Source: Vitrella brassicaformis CCMP3155
Lineage: Eukaryota; Protista; Chromerida
Assembly: GCA_001179505.1 (NCBI GenBank)
Contig: CDMY01000238.1
Location: 1 to 64,000 of the forward strand
DNA: 64,000 nucleotides
Direction: 5' to 3'
Of this stretch, positions 51,901 through 62,109 are shown one piece after another. Within the stretch, counting starts at the first letter, position 1. Each line of letters begins with the position of its first letter. The notes below the pieces were generated by a model. It saw nothing but the letters and a program-made list of their open reading frames with translations, was not told the origin of the DNA and did not search any database. Both the position numbers and the translations under genes were made by a program.

Positions 51901-53387
51901 GAGTCGCACATGAGGGAGATCCACAAGGAGGTACGCAGAACCCGCAAACGTGTGTCACGTCGGCAGCGCCTGATGCCTGTGGCACTTTTGCTCTTCAGTT
52001 CACGTCCATCAAGTCCCAAATCGACCGCAATCGGCAGCAAACGGACCTGTTTTCCGCCCTCGCACGGACACCAAGCCAGCCCGCATACACACAGCCGCCC
52101 TCGCCTCCCACCATGCACCCGATTCAGTCTCAATCAGTGCTTCCCCCGCCCCCCTTCTCTGCCGAGGGCCAGGCGAGGTCAGTCAAAGACGAGAGTGGCA
52201 GTGGGGTGCACCCCAGCGGCATTGTCATGAGCGACTCCCTTATGAGCGGCTCGTCGATGGTTCTGCTCCCGACTGAATCCAAGTTGCAGTACTTGTCCGA
52301 AAAAGAGCTCAGAGGTGAGAGAGGGCCGCTGACGTACAGCACATGTCTCGTCGTCACTGTGTCACATGATGTCAGATCGATCGTTCACCAATGGCGGGCG
52401 CTCGTCGGTTGTGTCTCGTGATTCCTTCATTCGTTCGTCGCCGTTGAGACTTGCTGGCTCTCACGCCATCGAGGCCTACACAGGGGGACGGGCCAAGTAT
52501 GAGCCCTTAGTGACGGACGGTGCAGATCGGCTTGAGTTGACAAGCGAGTGGGGAGGAGACACAGCGACCGGTGAGCTGTCCAAAGGAAGCTTGTAAGGTT
52601 GCAGGCAGGGACAAGAGAGGGTGTTGGTCATTTGTTTGCAGCTCACATGAAGGAGCTGTACCGGCGAAACATGCGCAAGATAGAGGAGCTGCGAAAGCTG
52701 GAACAGCTGCTCAGGCAGAAGCAGCAAGTCGACCTCGGCACCGGCGAAGACAAAGCTCCCTCTCTGAACAATGTGATCAACGCAAAAACACAGCAAGAAG
52801 AACAGGACGATGCTAGGCCACCGCCACGAAAATACACGTCAGTGCGTGGCTTCAAGAGATGACCTGTGCCTCTTGTCCCTGCCTGACCTGCTGTTCGTGT
52901 CTCTGCAGATTTGATGTGCCTCCAACTGCCCTCATTCTCGAGAACCGCACACGCAGGAAGCCCTCAAGCGCTGAGGCCAACATGAGACGCGAGAGACGCC
53001 TGCTGCCGCCGAGAGGTCGCTCGTCGATCAAATCTGCCGCCGCTGGCTTGATGCACCTAGAAGGGTGTGAGCCTCCGGCCGTCTCCCGTCCGGATCATCC
53101 CTTCGCTGCGTCGGCGAACTTCTTCATGACAAGCGGTCTGGAAGAATGCTCTCTTTCCGGCAAGGCGGAATTCGTACCGATCGAGCAGCTGGAGGGCACG
53201 TACAGCTTTCGTTTTGACGAGAGTCATGAACTGGAAGAGAGCGTCCCTCGAGAGCCGCCGACGCCCATGCCCCTGCCGGAAGAGGGGGGGGACACTGGAT
53301 GACAGCGAATCTTGTGATACGCAACAGGTGATTGAGTCGATGAATGACGAGCTCAAGGCGACACTTGGCGGCGATGGCCACGACTGA
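48629..53387 (+). CDS. Large Pro-rich coiled-coil protein, CSPP1/CCDC66-like (centrosomal or ciliary); 3' end approximate
   Basis: Many exons. Repeated 'QQEYARALQQQMEE' and 'HQEYMAELERQIKEK' followed by E/R-rich coils resemble the CSPP1/CCDC66 motif; Pro/Tyr-rich segments are also present. Confidence 0.5.
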
Positions 53388-53582
53388 GCTTTTGCATGCA
53401 CTGATTCTCTTTGTGACTAGAGCCGCATCGTCATTGCAGTTCAGCTGTTGTGGACATTTGTCGTACGATGATGCATGTTCATCACACCCGACGTAAGCAC
53501 TGTCTTACATGACTTGCAAAACAGACTTGAAAAAGACCCTCGTGCAGTATACACAGGTTCGCGGGCACTCGTGCATCCTATC

Positions 53583-56500
53583 TCAAACATCGCATGTGGT
53601 GCCACCACAGGAGTCGGCCACCACCCACTCGCCCGGTGCGGCCTCGCGCATCAGAAATGGACAGTGCTCTTCGTGGATCTTGAAGCCCATGTTGTCTGCC
53701 TTCATGAAGCCGAGTGTCAATCTGTCTCCGTCTCCACAAAACCCCCCTGTGTCGCTTCTCTTCAGCTTCGAGATCAGCTCCTCCAAGTAAAAGTTCGAGC
53801 GCCTCGAGGACGGCTGCGCGTAGGGATAGCGGAGCGTCCGAATGTGGAAGTGCAGCGTGCTGTAGTAGGTGGCGGGTGGGTAATGACAGAAGACCACCTC
53901 AGGAGCACCAAGGTCTCCCAGCCATTCGTTGCTGGACTCGAGCAGCGCATGCAGCAGAGGCAAATCTCGAGCAGCTCGAAGATCACGCATGGTGTGCAAA
54001 TAACCCTCGCATCTGGGGACCGAGCTGCACGTGTAATTCGCACGTGAGGCAGGCTCCGAGGGCGCCGGGCCCCTTTTTTCCTTCAGCTCTGTTAGCCATT
54101 CGGACACAGAAGGGACCCAATCTGGAGGTACCCACCTGAACAACAACACACACACACACACACACACACACAGAGGGAGATAGAGAGAGACACGCTCCAT
54201 GCAGAGATACAGTCGTTGCTTTTCTCCCTTTCTTACCAAGCAATGAGTGCATATCCTGACTCCTTTGTCGGAAGACCGTCATGCCGAGGCCCCTTGACCG
54301 TAGAGAGGAGCGCCTTCTGCCCCATCTCTTCATGGAGCTGCACAGTGTGGGGGTCGTGATAGCCTGGGTTGGGGTGGAGAAGAAACGCGCCGTGCCCGCG
54401 CTCAACAGTGAGGAGCTTCACCATTCCCTTCCGCCCAGCACCATTGAGGAACTCGGATCGCCCTTGCCAGTGCCACACAAGCGTAGACGGAATGCCGAGG
54501 CGCTTGTACAGCGGACGCTGCATAGAGCACAAGAAGGCAGACAAAGATCGGTGTCTCTCACGAATATGAATGCGCCCTCCCTCCCTCACGGTGACCCACC
54601 AGTACACGCAGGTAGACCTCAGGATGCTCCGTTAGTGTGAGGGGGTATCGGGGGGGCTCGAACATTCGATGATAACGATTGGATCTCGCTGTCTCAGGCG
54701 CGCTCTCAATTGCCGTCACCGAGGCCTCGTCGTGAAGCGTAGCACGGGCAGAAGTAACGCCCAATTTGCTCTCCCAGCTAGCCAGGGCGTCATGAGTGGC
54801 GACAAGGGGCTCATCGAAGTGTGGTTCATAGCCAACGTGCGCAAGCCACGCCAGAGTGAATGCTCGGTATCTGAGACACAACCACACACGAGAGAGGTAC
54901 ACGATGGGCGATGCACAAATCTCTGTGCCTTTCTCTTGCGTGTGTGCGTACACGTCATGACTCTCGTTTGTAGAGCTCTTCATCGCAAGATACTCGTGCC
55001 ACAGGCGGAACTGACGAAAGGCCGCCCCATTCCCACTGTTACGAATCGATTCCTCCAGCCTCTCGATTTGACTCCCTCTCTCTCGCCAGTTTGCCAGACA
55101 TCCGGCCTCCTCCTGCTCGAGCTGCAATTTCAGCTTGCCAATGGCATCAGACGGGGCAGCCGCGGCCACAGCGGCGTCACGCAGTTGGCTGAAGATTGTG
55201 TGGGTGACACCGAGCCCTCGATCTGCTCTGTTCTCCATGAAGCTCCAAAGGTCACTCAGGCGAGGTTCGCCTCCACTGCGAATGCTCTCAACACAGTGGA
55301 GCCTCGCTTTGAGGTTTTCCGCCACCGCAGTCCGACGCGTATGCCAGAGATTGTTGAGTACACTCTCGAGATTATCTGACAAGAACACAAAGGGGGGAGT
55401 GGGGAAGAATCCTGCTCTTTGCACTCAGAAAGCTACCGTCGAAGATTTCGCCGCGGAACGTCTTCTAGATGAATGCTGGTAGCAGCATCTGCACGGCTTC
55501 TCTGCTCCTGGCCTGGGCTGCGTTGCGATTGCTCCTGGAAAAAGCATGAAGTGAGCAAGTGACGACTTCAATCTGACAGAGATGTACCTGCGTGGATCCC
55601 ATGGAATGCTGAACGAGCCTTGCACAGCGGCATGAAGCGCCAGCAAAGTCAGCACCTCGTGTGGCTCGAGAGGGGCCGCACGAATGTCGGCTCCGGTATC
55701 GAGTACTCGGGAGACGGCATCAACAAAAGCCGTCAATGCACGATCCACACGCCATCCGAACTCGATGACCCCTTGCAGGTGCTCAACGTCGCGTTTGAGA
55801 GCTTAATGGAACTCAAAGTCTCGCCGACGAATGCCGTGAGTGTAGCCAAACTCCTGCAGACCAGGACCATCCAACACTCGAAACGCAACAGGCGGGATGC
55901 AGTTGCTAAGAGCCACGTTGAACGCCAAACTCCTGAAAGTGCACATGAACGTTTGATATACATATGTTCGCGCACTTGTGATACTTCACTGCATACCTGA
56001 GGTAGGTGAAGGCTGCCCGATGGTAGCCGTTGAGGTCCAGCACCTCCACAACGCTCCGCAAGGCCCGTGCCTGAAGCCAGGCAATCCCGCCATGCTCGTC
56101 GACAGCAAACTCCATATCTCCGCGACCCATTGCGAAGTAGAGTGCCAGGGCCTGTCTCGATATGGTCTCCATCATCCCCTGGATCATGACACGTGTCCTC
56201 TCGTCGTGATTGTCATTCATCATCAGCTTGGTCACTGCAGCACTGCCACCTCGGTCGACCGCAAAAGCGCACACGTCCGCATCGGTTGTGCCATTCATCA
56301 AATCATTCGCATCGCGCCCGATTTGTCCCTCTAAAACAAACACAGATGAGTCGGCTTGATGAGGAATGAAGACGCATCCCGCCATGCGTGGCCGAACGAC
56401 CATCTGCTGGATCACGACTGCCATTCGCGCATTGCCGCTCCTCAGCTGGGCCTCTTTGCCGAATAGTGACCACACGACGCATCGAATCGCAGCCGGAAGG

Positions 56501-57732
56501 CCGTCTCTGTCGACGTCCAGCTTGCTGTCGAATGTACCGCTCATCGAGTCCTTTTGGCCATCCTCCACGTCTGCTGAAGACCTCACAGCCCATCTTTGGC
56601 ACCCGCTCGCAGCCTCGGTTGAGGCCAAGTGCTCGTCGATCCATGCAGAGGCAAGCTGCTCGAATGCCCTCTCGATCTTGCCAATATCATCGTCCTTGCA
56701 TGCCATCATTGAATAGGCGTCATCGAGCGAGTCTGCTCCGGTGGCGGCGCTGAGCCACTGCAGGATCGTAGGAATCTCGATTGCGATGAAATGGGGAACG
56801 TAGGCGGTTAGCTTGAGGCGTCCAAGGGCATTTTTCAGGAGCAGCAGGCCTGCCGCTTTGCCCCCTTTCGTTGCGAGCACTCCGGAATCGGCCGGGACGG
56901 GCGGGACATCGCGCAGGGGATCACTGGTCCATTCTTCGCAGGGTGTCGAGAAGATAGAGATGCGAGCGTAGTCACCCTGGATACAGACAAAGCATGTGTC
57001 TACGGAAAAGCTGGTCGAAACTTCGTGTTGCACCTACCTCGAGGGGCTCGTCGCAGTCAGTCCACTCGCTCCACACTGCGTAGGGAGTCGCCGAGACTCT
57101 TCCGTTTTGAATGTGTGCCGTGAATGCTTGCGTGAGATTGATGGCACACCGACAGCGGACCAGCGCCTGGATGGCGACCTCCTGAAACGCACAAAACGCA
57201 ACGGACTCTTCTGCATTTATGTGTGTTCATACATGCATGGATGTCAATTACTTTGGAACACTGCTTGAGCAATACAAGTGTGTCTTCGTCAACTCCCGCG
57301 ACGTCTTCAAACGACCGAACCCATTTCACACGGCCCTCGAAAGGCGTCTGGCCTTCAAAAACGAATCCCTTCATCGAATGCTCGACCACTCGAGTGTCAT
57401 CGAACGTGGCTGAGCGCGAATCTCCCTCTCTCCCCTGAGTATGCAACAGGCGCACCCGCATGCCAGCATTAGATCTGATATTTGCACACGCCCCGGGGAG
57501 CTCCCCGCATTTGTACCATCTCTATGTCACCAAAGCGAGTAGGCTCCTCACGTCCAGCCCCGTCTGTGGTGGTGGTTGCCGTCGCCATCATTGGGAAGCA
57601 ACCGACGAACAGCTGGTACAGCCAATTGAGCCAGCCTCGGACGAAGGTGGATTGACGGCCCCTGCCGTCAGTCTCGCACTGAACTGCCCTCGTATGCTCC
57701 ATCCTCACTACATTTCTTGCAACAAGGTCCAC
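53583..57732 (-). CDS. Phosphohistidine domain + PPDK_N ATP-grasp (PEP-synthase/dikinase-like) + helical region + DcpS-like HIT domain; two in-frame stops, so possibly a pseudogene or split gene; 5' end uncertain
   Basis: His domain: GRVKWVRSFEDVAGVDEDTLVLL..AFTAHIQNGRVSATP. ATP-grasp: KGGKAAGL, WAVRSSADVEDGQKDSMSG, MAVVIQQMV, DMEFAVD, WLQARAL. DcpS_C: VWHWQGRSE, AFLLHPN, LHTMRDL, FCHYPPATYYSTLHFH. Splice phases match throughout. TAA at 55805-55803 and TAG at 55467-55465. Confidence 0.75.
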
Positions 57733-58153
57733 GGCATTCCTACTCGTAATTCCTACTCGGATGACGAGAACTGACAGATGGATTCATCGCCCGGCGATGT
57801 AATCGATGGAGCACAGTGATGAATCGGGATGAGAATGAACTGCATTGAACGCCGTTTTTTTTTCCGCGCGGATTCCTCGCGCACCGGATCGCGAGCTCAG
57901 CACTCTGAGCTCGCATTTCTTGAACAGAAATCCCGCATCGCGCCGTGCATGTTTTCTTCAGACTGAAGGTGTTCGTGAAGGCATCGTCGACTCGGCAGCT
58001 TTTGGCTCGTCATTTTTGTCTCAAGAACTCACAGGCAGGCAAAGATCTGCGTCCCTGCTCTCACGCGGTCATCAGAACACTCAGTCCGCGCGTGTGTGTG
58101 TATGTGTGTTGCAGGCGCTCTTTCGTCAGCCCCCATCGTTGCTCGCCCGAAAC

Positions 58154-60210
58154 ATGGCCACTCTGGTCAATAGCGGAGGCGGCACAACCAGGCACGCAGA
58201 GCGATAGAGCAGACACGTGAGCTGTGATGGCCCTGTATTATGCAGCAATGACGCCGCGACTAAGGAGGAGTTTGTGAGCCTCTTCGACCGCCTCAAGGTG
58301 TCACCATCAGCACATGCACATGTTGGCTGTCCGAATGTACCCGTGCGGATCTGTATGATTGTGTCAGAGTGATCTTCTATCGGATCTGTCCTGCCTGCCC
58401 ATCGCACAAGACGTCAAGCAGGAGCTGGAAAAATACTATGAGAGGGCACTCACGTGAGACAAATGCTCCCCGTGCGTGCAGATAAGTGTGTGTGTGTCTG
58501 GTGTTTGTGCAGATACAACGTCCTGGGAGGCAAGATGACTAGAGGGCTGACCGTCATCAAGGCAAGCTGGGCGCCAATGGACTGACTCACATATACACAT
58601 CTGTTTTGCTTCTCTCTCTGTGGCCGTCAATCAGTCTGCGGAGTGTTCGCTGAGTCGCCTCTTGACGGCCTCGGAGCGGCATGACGCGATGGTGCTCGGA
58701 TGGGGAATCGAAATCATGCAGGTGATTGCGTGGATTGACTAAAACAGGCCGACATGTAGTTCTGTGTCGCTTGTGCACCAACCAGGCGTTCTTCCTGACG
58801 GCGGACGATGTGATGGATCAGAGCCACACCAGGAGGGGAGCACCATGCTGGTGAGCAAATGGGATGCGATGGATGCATGGGTGTCGCGTCATGTTATGTG
58901 CATCTTTGGGTGCAGGTTCCGTGTGCCTGATGTGACGGCCGCCAACGCCATCAACGATTCTCTCGCCATGGAGGCCTTCATCTACAGGTGCAACCACACA
59001 CACTCACGTGCGGATACACACCCAGGTGGATTGCCCTTCGCGGCTGGTTTGGCTCTTAGGCTGCTGCGGAAGTACTTCTCGTCGAGCCCCAAGTACGTCA
59101 AGTATGTGGATCTCTTCCTCTCGATGACCTACAAGACCATCGTCGGCCAACACCTCGATACCAACGCGCAGCAAAGGAGAGAGGGAGAGGTACGTATGGG
59201 ATCTACCCGCACACAGAGACGGGAAAACGTGTGTGCATTGTCCGTGTGCAGCTGTGTTTGGATCAGTCTCGGTTCACGATGGACCGCTATGTGGCGATTG
59301 TGAGGCACAAGACGGCCTACTACAGCTTCTACATGCCCTGCGCACTCGGTATGCCTACACGCACGGATGGGCCCTCTCTCTAAAAACCCGCTTCATTGCG
59401 TGTGTGCGCGGCTGGTAGGGATGATCGTGGGCGGCATTGAGGATGATGCGGCCTTCCAAAAGACGGAAGACATCTGCATGGAGCTGGGCCAGTACTTCCA
59501 GGTGGGTGAACTGTCTACATCTGTGCAGGCATGCGTGTGGGTGGTGCATTGACGCGCAACACACTTGTGGCTGAAGTGCGTACACGCAACACATTGGTGG
59601 TTGATGCAGATCCAGGATGACTTCCTCGACTGCTATGGCGACCCCGAGGTGATTGGCAAGGTCGGCACCGACATCCAGGAGAACAAGTGCTCATGGCTCG
59701 TATGCCAGGTAACTCTCGCACCGAGAAGAGCTGGTTGGTTTGCCTGCACACTTGCTTCTCGCATACAGGCTCTGCAGCGTGCCGACGAGTCCCAGCGGCA
59801 GATACTCATCGAAAACTACGGCAGGTGGGCGACAGGACATCCACCGATCTCGATACACACGTGTCGGGTGCATGTGTCCCATCTACCTGTGTTGTGTGTG
59901 CAGGGATGACCTGTCTGCCGTTGCCAAGATCAAGACCCTCTACAAGACGCTCAAGCTAGAGGTACGCGCGCGACACATGACACACGCAGCGGATGACTCG
60001 ATGTGTCTGTCGTCCAGGATGTGTACGCCGCATACGAGGAAGAGGCCAAGGTGAAAATCGACAAGTGAGCGGAACGCGGAAGCGGCACAATGCGCGTCGC
60101 ATGTATGCCTTTGTCTGCGTGCGTGCAGTCTGATCGCGTCTGTCGAGTCGGCCAGTCTGCAGTCCCTGTTCAAGTTCCTGCTGAGCAAGATCTACAAGCG
60201 CAACAAATAA
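58154..60210 (+). CDS. FDPS: Farnesyl diphosphate synthase (trans-prenyltransferase), about 13 exons
   Basis: [42 protein letters not shown] (FARM), [53 protein letters not shown] (SARM), C-terminal KIYKRNK*. Confidence 0.95.
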
Positions 60211-60384
60211 CCAGCACCTCTCAATTTTTTGTGTTTGCGTGCGGCCGCGTGCCTGACAGTTTTGCACCTCCTGGCTGGGCTGTACATGTTGTGCATGTGT
60301 GTGTGTCTGTGTTTGTATTTATGTAAGCAACAAGCCAATGAAGGTCAATGTGGGCCTTCGGCAGCTGTGACCGTAGGCGGTGAC

Positions 60385-60468
60385 ATGACCGTCGGTCTGA
60401 ACGTAGGTGGTCACGTGTTCACCATGCAGTGCTCTGAACGAGACATGTCTACAGTCCGGACCGCGTAA
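60385..60468 (+). pseudogene. Isolated KCTD/T1-type BTB N-terminal fragment
   Basis: MTVGLNVGGHVFT matches the 'V.LNVGG..F.T' start of BTB_2 domains, but the frame stops 14 codons later. Confidence 0.35.
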
Positions 60469-60554
60469 GTGGGTCACCGTATAAGCGGGTCAGTTGCGTA
60501 TGTGGGCCAGCTGGGCTGAATCACTCATCAGCCATCACACCACAGCACGTCTGC

Positions 60555-61101
60555 CTATCTCTTGGCGACACTCATGACCTTGACATGGTCCTTGTGGAAC
60601 ACCGCGTATTCATTCCTGTCTTGCACAAACACCGAGTCGTATCCCTCCCTCCTCAGACTCTCGAAGGTGTGCTGCGTCGCCTGCTGCGAGGAGATCACCT
60701 TCTGCCTCCCCAGGAAGACTCGCGCCGTCACCACATAGCCTTTACGGTGTGCGAGGCGGTCAGTCGTCGGGATGTCGGGCGCAAAGTAGATGGCTCCGCC
60801 GAGCCGGCCGCCGGTGCCCGGGAACATCTCTCTCGACGCCTGAATCGCCGCTCCTGAGGGCCCGTCGGTCTGGTGGTACAGGGTGCCCATGCCTTGACCT
60901 GTCCGCCAATTCGGGCAATCTGACGCAGGCAACACCACAAGGCATGCAGCGGTGTGTGTGTGTGTCGCTCTAGCTGGGGTTCCTCTCACCAATGCGGCGG
61001 TGGTCCGAGTTTCGACTCTTGCAGATGTTGCAGAAATGCTGTCTTGTCTGTTTGCACCAGCCGGTGTTCTGGCACCCACGGGCGTTGCAGTAGAGACCCA
61101 T
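60555..61101 (-). CDS. Small Cys/His zinc-finger + PARP-like (H-Y-E) ADP-ribosyltransferase, Gig2-like; one intron
   Basis: MGLYCNARGC..WCKQTRQHFCNICKSRNSDHRRI|DCP..LYHQT..GRLGGAIYFA..GYDSVFVQDRNEYAVF. The phase-1 GT-AG intron restores 'DCP'. Confidence 0.8.
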
Positions 61102-61169
61102 CGCAAGGCGTCGCACAGCAGCTGCAGAATCAAGACGCGAGCGACGGCAATGACATGTCGCGTAGGAAA

Positions 61170-61300
61170 GAGAATGAAGATATGTAGGACAAACAATAGG
61201 AATTCGAGCAGGAATTTTAAATGTTTGGAGACTTTACATATCTTATCTTTACAATATGTAGGTAAACTTAAATGACTTTTATGACCAAGGGTATGGTAAA
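61170..61300. promoter_or_regulatory. AT-rich island between the divergent ART genes; candidate bidirectional promoter
   Basis: Abrupt AT-rich stretch (aggaattttaaatgtttggagactttacatatcttatctttacaatatg..) inside GC-rich DNA, between head-to-head starts. Confidence 0.4.
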
Positions 61301-61351
61301 TGCCGCGCTGCAGGGAGGGCGACGATATGTAGACAAGCACACGACACACAC

Positions 61352-61907
61352 ATGCCATCGATCTCACGCGTCTGCGTATGTGTGCGACACACTGCACACA
61401 TGCCACAGCAACAACTGACACACGCGCCACCTGTCTGCCATGTCCGTGTTGTCGCTGCAGAGCCACGCCAAGCACTACTGCCGCGTCTGCCGCAATGGTG
61501 ACAGCGACCATCGCGCCAGCGACTGCCCATTCCTGAGAGCCCACCTCAGCGGCGGCCGATGCTTCGGCTACCATCAGACCTCTCCCGAGTTCGGCCGCCA
61601 GATCAGACAGACGCGCGTGATGCGGCCCAGCTCGACGGGGGCGGCTGGCCGCGGCATCTACTTTGCCATTCGCCCTGAGGAGACCGAGGGGAAGGCCCGC
61701 CACAAGGGCTGCATGGTGAAGGCAGAGATCCGCATGAACAACCCCAAGCACGTCTGGCAGGCACTGTCTCCCAATGAGACGTACGCATCGCTGGCGGCTC
61801 AAGGGCATGATGGTGTGATTGTGCATGGGTACAAGTCGGGCGTCGAGATCGTTGTCTATCACGCAGAGCAGGTCAATGTGCTGCGGGTGCACCGACGCAG
61901 GCAGTGA
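61352..61907 (+). CDS. Paralogous zinc-finger + PARP-like ADP-ribosyltransferase; start uncertain (61352 with an intron, or 61440)
   Basis: HYCRVCRNGDSDHRASDCP..GYHQT..GAAGRGIYFA..GHDGVIVHG..GVEIVVY. Confidence 0.8.
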
Positions 61908-62109
61908 AGACATTTGCTCTGTCGATTTACTTCTTCAAAGACGAGACACCAATGCGCATTAATTGCCTTCCTGCCGCAGTGAGTCAGTGGACCGTTCACT
62001 GTCTCTCTGAGTACACGAACGGAGTGACGTCCAATCTTTTAAAAACATAGGTCTGTCTTCACGTCATGGGACGCAACTAGTAGCTAAACCGACATCAAGA
62101 AAGCGTACG

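Noticed and set aside
2396-55805. Stop-codon reassignment (TAA/TAG as Gln) suggested by in-frame stops at 2396, 55467 and 55805
   Set aside because: Conserved genes here end at expected positions with TAA (FPPS, 60208) and TAG (V-ATPase G, NTase-HAD, ART), so the standard code applies.
60555-61913. 452-aa minus-strand ORF as one protein
   Set aside because: It is the antisense of the plus-strand ART gene plus the spacer, read into the last exon of the minus-strand ART gene; only the C-terminal part is real.
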